A stretch of DNA of 64,000 bases from Octopus bimaculoides (GCF_001194135.2 NC_068988.1:92134341-92198340); one strand, 5' to 3'. Shown: positions 13,107-27,573, numbered from the stretch's first letter. Notes: generated by a model from the letters alone, not told the origin. Numbers and translations: made by a program.

Positions 13107-13950
13107 TAGTTTCTACATGCAGTGGCCACCACAAATATAGAACCATTAAACAGATTTTGAAGTTTGTATGTTATGAATTACTTCAGTGTGCTTTAATTCT
13201 CAGAGGTGAAAAGATTATTATTAACATCAACAACAGTTTTCTTTTGAGCACAATATATTCACAGGTTAACATTCAGTATGATATTCTTCTGTCTTGATAT
13301 TTTTGCGCTATCTGTGAAGTATGAGCCCAATCAAATGCTAATGGCTAGGAAGGCAAATTTGTTCCCAGTTCTTTAATTGTTCTATACAGATTGTTGAGAT
13401 CCAACAATCTCTGAGCTTTGATATTATGATCTGCTGTGTTCCAGAGATTTTCAATCAAATTGAGATCAAAGAGCTGAGAGTTCAGAGCATTATCTTAACT
13501 TGTATTTTGTTATCAGATGTGAACTAGTTAAAATTATTCATCCACTGCACAGGATTCCACTCAGTAAAGTTCCAATCTGTGTCAGCCCAAGCAAATTTCA
13601 AGTGTGCCTTTTTGGTTTTACATGGAAATGAATGTCTTTTTATGGGTGTCACAACCATTTAGTCTGAATCGCTAGTAGTAGTTTGAATCTATTCTGCTTG
13701 ATGTCATTTGTTCATTGCCTCTGCCAATCTGTGAATGATTTTGAAAGACATGTTCATGGGTCTGTCACTTTGAATGCCATCATGGTAACTACTAATGTCT
13801 CTGTAGGTGGCAACAAGTTTCATACAGAAGACTGATTGCTTTTTACATATAAAGTGATGTCCCTGCAGCAGATGTCCTCTTCTTATAGCTGAACTATATG
13901 TCTGTTTTGTAGGTGACAAACTGGCCTGCTTTCTCAACTATATTGTCACC
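13107..13950 (-). mobile_element. Decayed Tc1-like DNA transposon
   Basis: Minus frame LKFAWADTDWNFTEWNPVQWMNNFN matches the Tc1 RLxFAxxHxxWTxxxWxxVxWSDESKF region; CAGTGGCCACCA terminus near 13108. Confidence 0.6.
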
Positions 13951-14049
13951 ATAATACTATTAAAAAATTCCACAGACTCACTTAGAGTCTTATATCTGGA
14001 CAAGTGATTTGAAATTAAAACCATAGAAGACGTTTGTGAAAAATCCATA

Positions 14050-14460
14050 GGTGCAGCATGGCTGTGTGCTAAGAAGCTTGCTTCCCAACCACATGGTTCT
14101 GAGTTCAGTATCACTGTGGGGCACCTTGGGAAAATGTCTTCTATTATAGCCTCAGACCAACCAAAGTCTTGTGAGTGGATTTAGTAGATGGAAACTGAAA
14201 GAAGCCTATCATATATATATATATATATATGTATTTATGTATACCTTTGTGTCTGTGTTTTCCTCCACCACCATTTGACAACCAGTGTTGGTGTGTTTAC
14301 ATCCCTGTAACCTAGCAGTTTGGCAAAAGAAACTGATAGAATAAGTACTAGGCTTTAAAGAAAAAATAAGCCCTGAGTTCGATTTCTTTGACTAAAACCC
14401 TTCAGGGCAGTACCCCAGCATGGCCACAGTCAAATGACCAAAACAAGTAAAAATAAAAGA
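14050..14460 (+). mobile_element. SINE family A, full length (Nin-like tail)
   Basis: Head, internal (TA)n, and tail ending gcatggccacagtcaaatgaccaaaacaagtaaaaataaaaga. Confidence 0.85.
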
Positions 14461-14469
14461 GACCCATCT

Positions 14470-14920
14470 TCTTTGTCTGCTGTTACTGGGAGGGCTATGG
14501 GATCAGAGTCCTCAGGCACCTCTTCCATCAGAACCAACCATTATTACACTTTCTGACTTTTTTCCCAAGCTTGACCAACCGAGATTATAGATATTATCCA
14601 ACCTTCTCATTCTTGGTCAACTCTTAAGAATCTTGCTGATTGGCTTGGCTTGAAGAATCACATTTTGTGATTCTTTCTTGTAACATTCTGATCACATGTC
14701 CCTAGTATCAAAGTTGTGACTCAATTTGCAGAGACTCCTTGATCTCTGAGCTACACATCCTGTTGAGTAAAGTTACTCCAGAGATCCTTCAGAATAACCT
14801 CATTTTGGCCACTTGCATTCACAATCATACTTTTTTGGCCATTACCCAACATTCTTTACCATAGGCTAGGATAGTCACAAAAACCAAATTGAAGATAGCA
14901 AGTTTGGGTTTTTTACCAAC
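14470..14920 (-). mobile_element. RTE (Rex3/Expander-like) LINE C-terminal fragment
   Basis: KLAIFNLVFVTILAYGKECWVMAK...MQVAKMRLF*RISGVTLLNRMCSSEIKESL..GHVIRM. Confidence 0.7.
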
Positions 14921-14964
14921 TTTTCCTTTTCTGAGGATTTAAATGAAATGATTTAAATAAGGGT

Positions 14965-15200
14965 TATTATTCTTTTATTCTTTTATTCTTTTACTCATTT
15001 CAGTCATTTGAGTGAGGCTATGCTGGAGCACCTCCTTGAAGAGTGTTAGTCAAACAAATTGATCCCAGGACTTTTCTTAAGCCTAGTACTTGTTCTATCA
15101 GTCTTTTTTGCCAAACTGCTAAGTCATGTGGACATAAATACACAAAAACCAGTTGTCAAGCGGTGATGGAGGGGACAAACACAGACACAAACATACACAT
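14965..15200 (-). mobile_element. SINE family A, 3' module
   Basis: tttcagtcatttgagtgaggctatgctggagcacc...gcctagtacttgttctatc. Confidence 0.75.
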
Positions 15201-15264
15201 ACACACTGATAGATATATACATACATACATACACACATACACACATGCATACATACATATATAC

Positions 15265-15311
<47 letters not shown>

Positions 15312-16036
15312 NNNNNNNNNNNNNNNNNNNNNNNNNNNNNNNNNNNNNNNNNNNNNNNNNNNNNNNNNNNNNNNNNNNNNNNNNNNNNNNNNNNNNNNNN
15401 NNNNNNNNNNNNNNNNNNNNNNNNNNNNNNNNNNNNNNNNNNNNNNNNNNNNNNNNNNNNNNNNNNNNNNNNNNNNNNNNNNNNNNNNNNNNNNNNNNNN
15501 NNNNNNNNNNNNNNNNNNNNNNNNNNNNNNNNNNNNNNNNNNNNNNNNNNNNNNNNNNNNNNNNNNNNNNNNNNNNNNNNNNNNNNNNNNNNNNNNNNNN
15601 NNNNNNNNNNNNNNNNNNNNNNNNNNNNNNNNNNNNNNNNNNNNNNNNNNNNNNNNNNNNNNNNNNNNNNNNNNNNNNNNNNNNNNNNNNNNNNNNNNNN
15701 NNNNNNNNNNNNNNNNNNNNNNNNNNNNNNNNNNNNNNNNNNNNNNNNNNNNNNNNNNNNNNNNNNNNNNNNNNNNNNNNNNNNNNNNNNNNNNNNNNNN
15801 NNNNNNNNNNNNNNNNNNNNNNNNNNNNNNNNNNNNNNNNNNNNNNNNNNNNNNNNNNNNNNNNNNNNNNNNNNNNNNNNNNNNNNNNNNNNNNNNNNNN
15901 NNNNNNNNNNNNNNNNNNNNNNNNNNNNNNNNNNNNNNNNNNNNNNNNNNNNNNNNNNNNNNNNNNNNNNNNNNNNNNNNNNNNNNNNNNNNNNNNNNNN
16001 NNNNNNNNNNNNNNNTATATGTATATAATGAGGCTT

Positions 16037-16432
16037 GTGGAGGCGCAATGGCCCAGTGGTTAGGGCAGCGGACTCATGGTCATAGGATCGCGGTTTCGAT
16101 TCCCACACCAAGCATTGTGAGTGTTTGTTGAGCGAAAACACCTAAAGCTCCACGAGGCTCTGGCAGGCTGGCAGGGGGACGGTGGCGAACCCTGTTGTAC
16201 TCTTCCACCACAACTTTCTCTCACTCTTACTTCCTGTTTCTGTTGTGCCTGTAATTCAAAGGGTCAGCCTTGTCACATTGTGTCACGCTGAATATCCCCG
16301 AGAACTACGTTTAGGGTACACGTGTCTGTGGAGTGCTCAGCCACTTGCACGTTAATTTCACAAGCAGGCTGTTCCGTTGAACGGATCAACTGGAACCCTC
16401 AACGTCGTAAACGACGGAGTGCCAACAACAAC
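16037..16432 (+). mobile_element. tRNA-derived SINE (OR-type head), (AAC)n tail
   Basis: ggcgcaatggcccagtggttagggcagcggactc...tttcgattccc (A and B boxes); the first ~190 bp are shared with 46782-47092 but the tail differs. Confidence 0.8.
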
Positions 16433-18974
16433 ATAATGAGGCTTCTTTCAGTTTCTATCTACCAAATCCGCTCACAAGGCTTTAGTCAGCCTGACGCTTT
16501 AGTAATCTTTATCATTTCTTACAAGTGTTTGTTAATTTCTTTATATTACTGTGTGTATTCATTATGGACTTTATTTCAGATATTCAAAAAATCTGCTGAA
16601 TGATTCTAAATTTCTGATGACTGCTGTACTTACACAAACCCTTAATTGTTGATTTCGAGAAAATGTAGATATTTTAGTGTAGATGTTGATAGTTATAGAA
16701 CATCTTTCATATTGTGAAATATTGCTGATAATTAACCAGTGATTTTAATTTTAATTAATGAAAAGTAAAATTGATAAATGTTGTCAATGTTGTTAGGTGA
16801 GAGTTGGTCAGTGAAGAAAATTGTTCTTAGAACTATATGGAAGGACAGAGGGACATGCATTTATAAAGGTGAAATCAGGTCATTGAGGTTATTCGTTCAG
16901 GGATACAAATTCTTATTTGATACAAAAGCATGCCAACAAACATGGTCTGCCATTCATCATAAAATCACTGTAAACAATGATTTTCCAGCTGAATTTTGTT
17001 TATTATTATCTTCTTCAACATTACTATTGTTGTTGTTTTAATTTTGTTTTCTTCTCCCCATTCTTTGTTTCTTAGATTTATTTTTTCACACTGGTCTTTG
17101 CTGTTGTGTTTAGTGACCGACAGTAATTTGAAATGATATCAAGTCAAACAGGAATTGTCAGTGCTCTATAGATTTAGTTTTATCATGTTTTTATATTGAT
17201 TAACTGTCACATTTTGCCTCACACTATCAACATTTTAAAATCAAAAAATTGCTTCTGTATTTTACAGGGGATTTTGTTTTATTTCATTCTTCATGTATAG
17301 TAATTCACCCCTAATTTTTATGTCCACCTACATTTTTGTATGGTAGTGGTAGTGCATGTTGCTATAAACTTTGGCTTGTCTATTTTAACCCATTTAATTT
17401 CATACAGCAATCATTTCTTAAATTTGTGAAGAAAATAAATGACGAAAACTACCAATCAAACATAAGCAGTTTCAAAACCTAGTCTCTAAGTGTTCACAAA
17501 GTAGTAGATGGGGCATTGATTAAAAGGTGAAAAAGTAGTTTAGATCATTATGAATTGCTGTGATAAACTAACCACAGTTTAAATTATGAAGCAATGGAAA
17601 GTATGTTCAGATTTTGTTACTCTTTTATCATTCAAGTTATTCTGTATTAATTTGGAATAATCTTGCATTATCTTGTAGCTTTAAAACTTCAATGATGTTA
17701 TCGCTTTTTCAGAGTGACTTTGTAGGGTAGGTGTGAGAGGCCAGATCTGGCTAGTTTCAACATCAAACAGGTAGATTATTTGAGCTGGATATGGCTAGTT
17801 TAATATTTAAGGGTTGATTACTCTGGAATGAAACACTGAAGTGAGGATTATTGATTGATATGTTTAATGTGTGTTTCAAGTCAAAATCTATGGAGTTTAG
17901 TGTGAACAAGGAGCTCTGTAATCCACTCAGCTAGAGTTTACCTCTGTTTGTTATAGCATTATGAGGGTGAGAGATAAATCTCATGTTTTTTGTTTTTTTT
18001 TTGATAAACTACTCATCTATTTTTTCTGATGCTGACAGCTGTATATGATATCCCCCTGTGATGCCTACTAACCACTAAGTGTACTGCGCTTTTCAGAGTT
18101 AATACTGTTTTCTATAAATACATCAAACAATTGCTGACAAGATTTGAACTGATAACATCTTTGTTGAATAATTGGTGTGCTGTAATATACATTATCCATG
18201 TGTGTGTGTGTTTATTATATATATATAGAGAGAGAGAGACACACAGACAGACAGAGCAAATTGATGTATTAACATCAAAGAATAAATCCATGGAAATTAA
18301 GAGCTCAGTTAATAAAAGGTCATTAAATTCCAGCATGTTATTACTTTCCAGTATATCCATGTAGGTCTGATTTGCATGTTTCTACATAACACAGTGTAAC
18401 ACAATTTTTGTCCCTTAGTAGTAACTATTATTTACTATTTGCTTACCCCTAGAAAGGATGAAAAATGGCTAACATTTCCTTCAAACCTTGCTTTTGTTAC
18501 ACTAATTCAAATCCTAAAGAATCCCTCAAGGAAACACAAGGCTATGATGCTCTTCCATTATTCCTGCTCATGATCAGGGATGCACATATTGTCAGTCACT
18601 AAGGGACATGCTCAAGTGGTTAAGGTCAAGTAACTGACAAGCAAATCTGTGGTATTGAGCTGAATATTTGCTATAACAATATTTTTAATTGAGCAGCTCT
18701 GCTGAATCTGTCTGAAATATAACTGAAAACAGGTCATTTTCAAAACATTGATATCCAGTTTGAATGGAATAGCAGTCATTTCCTTTGATTTCTAGGTGGA
18801 AACAAATAGGAAATAACACTTATTGACCAAAGACAAAATTTTGTTGCACAGTGTAATTGACTAAAATGATCTTTAAGAACAACATATTTAATATAAAGTA
18901 GAAAAGCATGAATTTTATATATAGTTCATCAGTTAATTGTGCTCAATGGCTGTTTCAGTAAGATAAGAACCAAC

Positions 18975-19520
18975 AAATGTCTTTTTGGCTTGGCTACATG
19001 AACAAAAATTAAGAGGGGCTGGTCCACATCTATAGGCTCACCTGTGGCTGACCAGACCTTCAATTTCAGTAGCTGCAGTTGAAGGTCTGGCCAGGATTTG
19101 ATGACGAAGTCTTGTGGTTCTTCCTCCTACACCTTTTGTTCTTGAGAGTGGCCCTGTGAGTGTTTTCAAAGGAGGAGAGAGCATGGTTGATAGTGAGACA
19201 CCAGGCATCACAGTCTTCAGCTAGGGTGGACTACTGGTGATGGTTGATGTGACAAGCACCAAGAGATTTTTTAAAACAGTCCTTTAAATGAAGGCCCCCA
19301 CCCCACCCAGCCCTGCATCACCCCCATAGAAAGGCTTCACTTAAAGGACTGTTTGGCAAAATTTGTCGCAATATCTCTGCTTGATGTCTTCTGTGAAAAT
19401 GAAAATCTAATGGGCATGCACTACATGTCTGTACTCTAGGTATAACAGCCAAAAACTGGCATGGCCTACCACCACAAACATTTTCAAGCATATACAAGAA
19501 GGATGGCATCATCTTTCACC
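18975..19520 (-). mobile_element. RTE/BovB-like LINE 3' end
   Basis: KKSLGACHINHHQ*STLAEDCDAWCLTINHALSSFENTHRATLKNKRCRRK...QTFNCSY. Confidence 0.75.
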
Positions 19521-19654
19521 TTAAGAAATTTGCCCATGTGACGTTAGTTTTGGTGGGAAAAAATAAAGTTGGATACTTTTCGAGTGCACCTCATATATGT
19601 ATGTGTGTGTAGGTGTGTGTGCGCACATGCATGTGTGTGTGTGTGTGTGTGTCT

Positions 19655-19870
19655 CCTTGTCTAGACATTATACTACTGTTATAAGCAAGTGTCACTGTAT
19701 TACAAGCGGTTTCCTTCCTTTGCCATCTTTGAATACATGTACAGCTACTGGGAAATACTATCTTGCTTGGAAACATGTGAGCGCTGGCAACAGGAAAGGC
19801 ATCCAGCTGTAGATAATCTGCATCTCAATGAATTCCATCGAACATAGAAACTGATGTTAAAACAGTCTTG
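19655..19870 (+). mobile_element. SINE middle domain + RTE-type tail
   Basis: gggaaatactatcttgcttggaaaca...aggaaaggcatccagctgtag; homologous to 7795-8050 and 30070-30310. Confidence 0.65.
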
Positions 19871-19880
19871 ATGTTAGTGA

Positions 19881-19924
<44 letters not shown>

Positions 19925-20001
19925 GATAGACAGACAGACAGAATTTTTATATCATTTATAATTTATATTATTGAGGTGAATTTTCACAAACATTACAAAT
20001 A

Positions 20002-21286
20002 TTGGGTCATCCCATTGATAATGCAGTTTTTTATACATCTTTTATTTTTCAAAATTAAGATAAACAAAGTTCTTTTTTAATCTAAAATATACTCTCCTTC
20101 ATTTTTTACAATGCTCTTCCATCTATCTGGTAGACTTGCAAGGCTCCTCCTCCAAAATTCATTTGTCCGTGATGAAAAGTACTTCCCCAGTACTGTTCTG
20201 AGCTCATCTACAGAATTCATATTTTTTCCATCCAAATGATTTTGAAGACTGTAGCATAAATGATAATCAGATATGGCAATGTCTGGCAAATATGATGGGT
20301 GAGGCATCGTTTCCTATTCAAACTGATCCAGCCTTTGGAATGTCATCCTCACTGTATGTGGCTGAGTAATTATCCTGATGGAAGAACACCTTTTGTCTTG
20401 AAACCAAAGGTGGTCATTTTCCTTCTAACACTGACTTAAGCTGCTCAAGCTGCCCACAGTAGATCTCCTTTCTTATCGTTTGGTTTGGGTTTAAAAGTTC
20501 AAAGTGGGCTAAACCTTTCATATCCCACCAAATTGATAACAACACCTTATGTGGGTGAAGACATTCTTTAGCCTGGGGTGCTGGTGTTTCTCCTTTCCCT
20601 ATCCACTGTCTTCAGCATTTTTATAGAGAACCCATTTCTTAGCACCAGTCCCTATTCGGTCAAAAAAAAAAAAAAGCTTCATTTGTGAGATGTGACAGCA
20701 AAGAGCACACATTCATTCTCTGCACGCGATTAAACCTGGAAAGTTTGTTAGGACCCCATTGACCCAAATTACTGACTTTTCCAATGGCATGCAGGTGTCG
20801 ATGAATGGTTGAATAACCAAATCCAAGCTTCTCTGCTAGTTTCCCAACAGTTACGATGAGATTTTGCTCCATCAGCGTTTGCAGGACATCCTCATCAAGC
20901 TCTACAGATCTTCCAGGATGAGACTTGTCTTCTAGGCTGTAGTTTCTGGCTTGAAATTTCTGGAACCACCACTGACACTGGCTTAGGCTTATTGTCTGAT
21001 CCCTGTATACTGCATTAATATTCCTCACACTTTCCATTGCGTTGTTGCCTTCATTGAACTCATAAAACAAAATATACCAAATATGCTCCTTTATCACTTC
21101 CATTACAGCTTTGAAAAAAATAACTGTTAAAATCGAACTGCACTCTTCAAAACTTTCACTAAGAATAAGTACATGGTAAAACTACTACCTGCTTTTATAG
21201 CAAGTTGATGCAGGTAGTTAATCCTGCCCCCTCCAACTTCTAGTTCATGCAATTGAAAAAACTACATTATTTATGGGATGACCTAG
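20002..21286 (-). mobile_element. Full-length mariner element (1285 bp), transposase pseudogene
   Basis: TA|TTGGGTCATCCCATTGATAATGCAGTTTTT ... AAAAACTACATTATTTATGGGATGACCTAG|TA imperfect TIRs. ORFs 21103-20660 (HTH, WGPNKL ~ WVPHEL) and 20307-20077 (HPSYLPDIAISDY ~ HPPYSPDLAPSDY). Confidence 0.93.
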
Positions 21287-21384
21287 TACTTGTACAGGTT
21301 AAAGATTTAATTATATATATATATTTTCTTTTACTCTTAAAAGGTTTCAGTCATTTGACTGTGGCCATGCTGAGGCAATTAACT

Positions 21385-22215
21385 TTTCTTTTTGAATATG
21401 CAGTTGAACGAAGAAAAATTTGAGCTGATCCACTTTGGAAAAAAGGACACACTCAAACAACCATATGCACTATCGTTGGGAGACCTACTTGAACCGTTGG
21501 ATAATATCAGAGACTTAGGTGTAACTTTCGACAGCAACCTTAGCTGGAGTGTACACATCAACAAAAAAGTTGATGTTGCCCACAGAATGAACTTATGGAT
21601 CCTCAGAACTTTTCAATCTAGGGATCATGAAACCATCATTCTTCTCTTTTCCACATTTGTTAGGCTCCACCTCGAATGCTGCTGCCCATTGTGGTCCCCC
21701 AACAAAAGAAAAACATAATGAGGATCAAAGTGCCACAAAAATCAATCACTAAAATAATAAATGGCATGATGGGACTTGATTATTGGGCTTGACTTAAGCA
21801 GCTGAAACTCAATTCTCTGCAATGCCGCCGTGAGTGATACATTATTTGCACCATAAAATATTCCACTAATGTTATCCAAATGATATTGGTATCATGTTTA
21901 CAATTAACCCAAGACTAGGCCCCCATGCAATGTATCCCCTACAAAGGTCAAGATCACATCACATAAGAACATAGCGACACAGCTTCTTCATTGCAAATGG
22001 TCCTGCTGTTTTCAATATTATCCCAAAAGAAATTAAAGCAGAAAAAGACCCCATGACTTTCAAACAGTATCTGGAAAAATTCCTCCAGGAAATACCGGAT
22101 AAACCACCTACACCTGGATACATTTCAACCAACAGCAACTCTCTGCTTGAGTGGTTCATGGTGTCCCGAAATAATTAACTAAAAGACTTTTCCAGGTGGT
22201 GCTATTGAGTTAGTC
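21385..22215 (+). mobile_element. CR1-clade LINE, 5'-truncated (RT thumb/C-terminus + 3' UTR)
   Basis: IRDLGVTFDSNLSWSVHINKKVDVAHRMNLWILRTFQSRD...LHLECCCPLWSP. Confidence 0.8.
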
Positions 22216-22253
22216 ATGGCCTGGACTGATAATGACCAAAACCAATCTAAGTT

Positions 22254-22316
<63 letters not shown>

Positions 22317-22322
<6 letters not shown>

Positions 22323-22473
22323 GCTTCTTTCAGTTTCTGTCTACCAAATCCACTCACAAGGCTTTGGTTGGCCCAAGGCTACAGTTGAAGACACTTGCCT
22401 GAAGTGGCACACAGTGGGGCAGAACCCAGAATCATGTTGGGAAGCAAGCTTCTTACCACACAGCTATGCTTGC
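22317..22473 (-). mobile_element. SINE family A head
   Basis: gggcttctttcagtttctgtctaccaaatccactcacaagg, next to (TA)n. Confidence 0.8.
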
Positions 22474-22635
22474 GCCTGTTATTAAATGTTACTAATGTTA
22501 TATTGGTAATATTTATAGTATTTAATTTTACAGAAACTAATACCAAGTATTGTGTAGCGTAATTTGTAATGCAGTCACCCGGCAACTTTTATATACACAC
22601 ATTAGCTACACACACACACACACACATAGATATAG

Positions 22636-22802
22636 AGTGGTTGGCGTTAGGAAGGGCATCCAGCTGTAGAAACTCTGCCAAATTTAGATTGGAGCCTGGT
22701 GTTGCCATCCGGTTTCACCAGTCCTCAGTCAAATCGTCCAACCCATGCTAGCATGGAAAGCGGACGTTAAACGATGATGATGATAATGATGATAATGATG
22801 AT
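22636..22802 (+). mobile_element. Young ~165-bp RTE-tail insertion with (GAT)n
   Basis: Near-identical to 28300-28452(-), 38185-38348(-) and 50255-50412(+). Confidence 0.85.
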
Positions 22803-22898
22803 AATTGTTCAAGTTCTGTCAGAGTTCCTGTTGTCTTTTTTAGAGTAAAATTAATACTTATATCATCTTGTATAATTTTAAAATCTTATAGCAATTAA

Positions 22899-23120
22899 CC
22901 CTTTCGTATTTAAACCAACCATATCTCTCCAAAACATTCTACTTGTTTTATGTTAAAACCAGCCAGATCCAGCCTCTCCTAACTATCCTACAATGTCATT
23001 CTAAAAATCAACAATTACATTATCAATATCTTGAAGCTACGAGATAATACATGGTTAATTCAAAACAAAATGGGAATAAATAAGCATTGTATTTGACAGA
23101 TTAATCTGAATGCTAAAGGG
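22899..23120. mobile_element. piggyBac-type MITE P1
   Basis: TTAA|CCCTTT...AAAGGG|TTAG; homologous to 4252-4457. Confidence 0.75.
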
Positions 23121-24557
23121 TTAGAATCTTAAAATCTATTAAAATATTAACTGTTAATTTACATAAATTCATATATACATATATCTATCTTTCTATATCT
23201 ATATCTATGTGTGTGTGTGTGTGTGTGTGTATTAATCAACGCTAACTATGATGTTAATGAGAGCATAATTGATTAAGAAAAATTATTCTTTTACTTAACT
23301 CACTTTACAACTACCTACTGGAACCACTGGTTTACTGTAGCACTCTCTATCTCAAAACCTCCCTGTCACTCTCTCACTCCTCTTTCTCTGTCTGCCTCTC
23401 TTTCTCTTTCTTTTTTTCCCTCTCTCTCTCTTTTCTGTCACTAACTGTACTAGCCTAATTTTTTTCTTATACCAACTTAATGTTAAATAACGTTTGGTAC
23501 CCTTCGTTATTTATCCTTGTAGTAGGAATGTTATGGAATTGCAACCACTTAAATGAAGTGCTAGTGGTGAATGAAGTTGATAGTGTGGCTTTAATGTGAA
23601 CAAGTTAACATGTAAAAATACGCTAACAACATCATATTGGTGGTTGTTGGGGACAATTATATATTTAAGAGCAAATCCTGAATGGTGTGACAAACTAAAT
23701 TTAATATGGAATTGATGAAAATTGAAATTTTATATGATGTTGAAATATTTTTAGGCAATCTGTTATCCTGTTTTCAAAGGATTAACTAGACATTTTTAAT
23801 CTTATGGCCATTGTATTCACATAGGTGTAGGCTTGGCTGCCTGGTTAAGAAGTTTGCCTTTCAATTGTGCTGTATCAGCTTCAGTCCCATTGCACAACAG
23901 CTTGGGCAAGTACTTACTATAGTCCACCATATACATAGCCCATCATATGCTCACGCACACGCACTCTCTCACACACACACACACATACACACACATGTAT
24001 GTATACATTTATTTTTAAATTTCTGTTTGTCTTCCATCTTTTGGCAATTAGTGTTGGTTTGTTTGCATCTCCATAACTTAGCAATTCAGCAAGAATATAA
24101 TGACAGAATAAATACTAGACTTAAAATAAATCCTGCTGTTGCTTTGCTCCTCTAAATTCTTCAAAGTGATACCCCAGCATGACCACAGTCCAATGACTGA
24201 AACAAGTTTTAAAAAAATAATAGAATATATTTCTAGGATCAATACAGTTTGTGACTGATACATTATCCAGAGGTCCAGATGTAGACAAACTAGTTTGAAC
24301 TAACTTTATAATAGATAATTATTTCTCCAGTTGATCGAATTTCCAAAGACTTCCATTCTTTTCTTGCCATATTTCTGTTAAGATATATTGCATTTGTTAC
24401 AATTAATTTAAAATAATGAAGAATCTAGTAAAGTGACTTTGTCATTATTAAACTAGTGTCTGGAACATAAATTCACGTCAGAGGACTAAGGGTGGTCTCA
24501 AGGGAGATTAAGATCAAAAGACTAAATGGGATAAAAAAACTTTAACCTTCAGATTAA

Positions 24558-24762
24558 CCCTTTTGTTGCCATATTTCTATTGAAATACACAGCCTTTGTC
24601 TCAATTTTTAAAATATCAAAGAATTTTTAAAATAACTTTGTCATTATTAAGCTGCTAATTTGGAGTATAAATTAGCATGGAATTTTGATGGAAGGTTTTA
24701 CTTTAGATCACTTGAATTTCATAGAACCATTAGCGATCTCAGTTAGGTTGGTATCAAAAGGG
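24558..24762. mobile_element. piggyBac-type MITE P2
   Basis: TTAA|CCCTTTTG...CAAAAGGG|TTAA, with perfect TTAA on both sides. Confidence 0.8.
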
Positions 24763-25906
24763 TTAAAGCTTGAGATACTTATATGAACAATGCTGGGGTT
24801 GTTAGCTGCTCTTTTGTGTGAAGGAGAATTGTTCTGTGATTCTAAAACTAGCTTAGACTGACTTCATCTGTAAAATCTTGGAGATTAATTCCAGTCAAAG
24901 AAACTACATTATTAAATACAGTTTTCAGAAATATCTCTTCATAGTTCACTTTCATCTCAGTGTTTGTCTTTTATTTTTTCTTCTCTTTCTTTTCTTTTCT
25001 TCTTTTTTTTTTTTTTTCCTTAATTCCTCTGTTTTATTTCTGGGTTCAGACAAACTTTATTACTCCTCACCTCCTCCTTAAAAAATATATGAGTTTAAGC
25101 TATCGGATTAACTAAATATAGCCAAGGATCATATCTGATATAAAGAAAACTTAATAAAAGGATATATATAGATATATATATATATATGAGCTTGAAATGA
25201 AGGTCAACTTTAGAGCCATCCAAGCAATTATATTTTACAAATATAGTTGAAAGATCAATAGATCAGTTCGGAAAAAGGGGGAAAAAAAAGACTAACATTA
25301 TTTCTTGAAATAGATGCAGAAATGGAGCAATTGTGCAAAGAAAACATTGTAATACAGAAAACATAATTCTATATAGACAGACATATAGGCAGGCTTATTG
25401 TTATGTGTAATATAGAGATTTGGATTAAAGATAAAACTAGTTGTGTTTTGTTATTTCATTACAAATGTAGCTTTAGAGATCTTACTATTTTCAGTTTTCT
25501 CTATGGTGAATTGGAATATTGCAGTATAGCTTTATTGCTAGATTGTAAGTTGTTAATTGTGGCCTCTATAGCTAGCTTAACATTTAACAAGCCCATGAAG
25601 GGGCCTCTATGAGGTTGCTCAAACTGCTAGAAATAGTTATTGAATTATCCTCAAATCATGCAGCACCATCTAAAAAAAGGATACATTGGATTTTAAAGTC
25701 CCATGTATCCAGATCCCTAAAATATAGAATGGTCACAGCTGGAATACTGTCTTCCATCGTACTGACTTGGGGTTCAAATCCCCCTCTCCCTCAAAAAAAA
25801 AACCCAACTTATATCATCTCAGTTTCTACCTAAATATTCCACCCATTCAACTCTACTCCACAATTTCCATTCCATTTATACATGTGTGTGTGTGTGTGTG
25901 TGTATG

Positions 25907-25946
<40 letters not shown>

Positions 25947-25978
25947 TGTGTGTTTGTGTGTGCCTGTGTGTGTGTGTA

Positions 25979-27529
25979 TCATCATCATCATTTAATATTT
26001 GTCAATCATGCTGGCATGGGTTGGACAGTTTGAGCAGAGCCGGCAAGCTGTAGAGTTGCACCAGACTCCAGTCTGATTTGGCATGGTTTTCTACGGCTGG
26101 TTGCCATTCCAAATGTCAACCACTCTGAGAGTGTAATGGGTGCCATTTGTGTGACACCAGTATCTGCTATGACTGCAATTTTGCTTGGCTTGATGGGTCT
26201 TCTTCTCAAGCACAACATTATGCCAAAGGTCTTGGTTACTGCCTCCATGAAACCCAATACTCAAAAAAAACTCAGCCACTTTACCTCTGTGAGGCCCGAT
26301 AGTCAGAAAATATTTTTTATGTGCCACCAGCACGGATGCACTTGGCTTGACAAGTCCTCTCAAACACAGTACATTGCTAAGGTCTCACTCACCAATCATT
26401 GCCACTGTGAGGTAATGACTTCCTGGGTCTACCTCTACCACAGGTTCCCTCCACAGTTAGAGATCTTTACACAACTGTCCTCGTCCATACGCATCACATG
26501 ACCATACCAGCACAATCATCTCTCTTGTACACCACATCTGATGCCTCTTAGGCCTAACTTTTCTCTCAAGGTACTTACACTGTTGAACATGCACGCTGAC
26601 ATTGCACATCCAGCAAAGCATGTCTTCAGCTGTTTGCACACAGGCATCATACAATTTGCCTTTTACTCTGAGGAGAGGCCCTTTGTTACCAGCAGGGGTA
26701 GGAGCTTTCTGAACTTTGCCCAGCCTAATCTCATTCTCACAGTTACGCTCTCGGAGCATCCACCTCCACTACTAACTTGGTCACCTAGATAATAGAAGCT
26801 ATATACTACCTCTAGCTTGCCCCCCTTGCAGTAGATGAAGTCTATTTTCTGCACATTTTCAGCATTTATTGTACCTGTGCACCTTCCACATACAAAAGTT
26901 AGTTTCCCTATTAACCTTCCCCTGATGTTGCTGCACCTTTTATGTGTCCAAAGCTTACACTGGATGCATCTTATGAAATTTCTACTTACACCTTTTCTAC
27001 AGTGTCTGGCTTCCTACTTACTATGACTTTAGTTTTTGCTAGGTTAACTGTAAGGCCCTTTGATTCTAGACTTTGCTTCATACCTGGAACTTCTCTAGTT
27101 CAAGTAGTGATTCAGCTATTAGAGCAAGGTCATCAGCATAGAGGAGCTCCCAGGGGCAGCCTGTCTTGAATTCCTCTGTTATTGCCTGGAGAACTATGAT
27201 GATCCTTGATTGAACCCCCACTTGTACTCTGACTTTGTCGCTGTACTCATTGCCCACCCTCACCTTACTGGTAGCATCCCTCTACAAAGCTTGCACGGCT
27301 CTCACCAACCACTCGTCTATTCCTAGTTTCCACATTGACCACCAGATAAGGGACCAGTGGATCCTGTCAAAGGCTTTCTCCAAGTCAACAAAAGCCAAGT
27401 ACAGAGGTCTATCTTTGGCTAGGTATTTCTCCTGCAGCTGCTTTACCAGAAATATAGCATCAGTGGTCCTTCTACCTGGCACAAAACCAAACTGCATCTC
27501 ATCTAGACTAACCCTCTCCCTAATTAGTT

Positions 27530-27532
<3 letters not shown>
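25979..27532 (-). mobile_element. RTE-clade LINE, 5'-truncated, with intact (GAT)n 3' tail
   Basis: RT motifs FVDLEKAFDR, GCPWELLYADDLAL and YYLGDQVSSGGG; 3' UTR ends ...catgattgacaaatattaaatgatgatgat. Confidence 0.92.

Positions 27533-27573
<41 letters not shown>

Noticed and set aside
16778-17041. FLFDTKA resembling a retroviral protease DTG motif
   Set aside because: Catalytic Gly is absent and there is no other pol/gag context.
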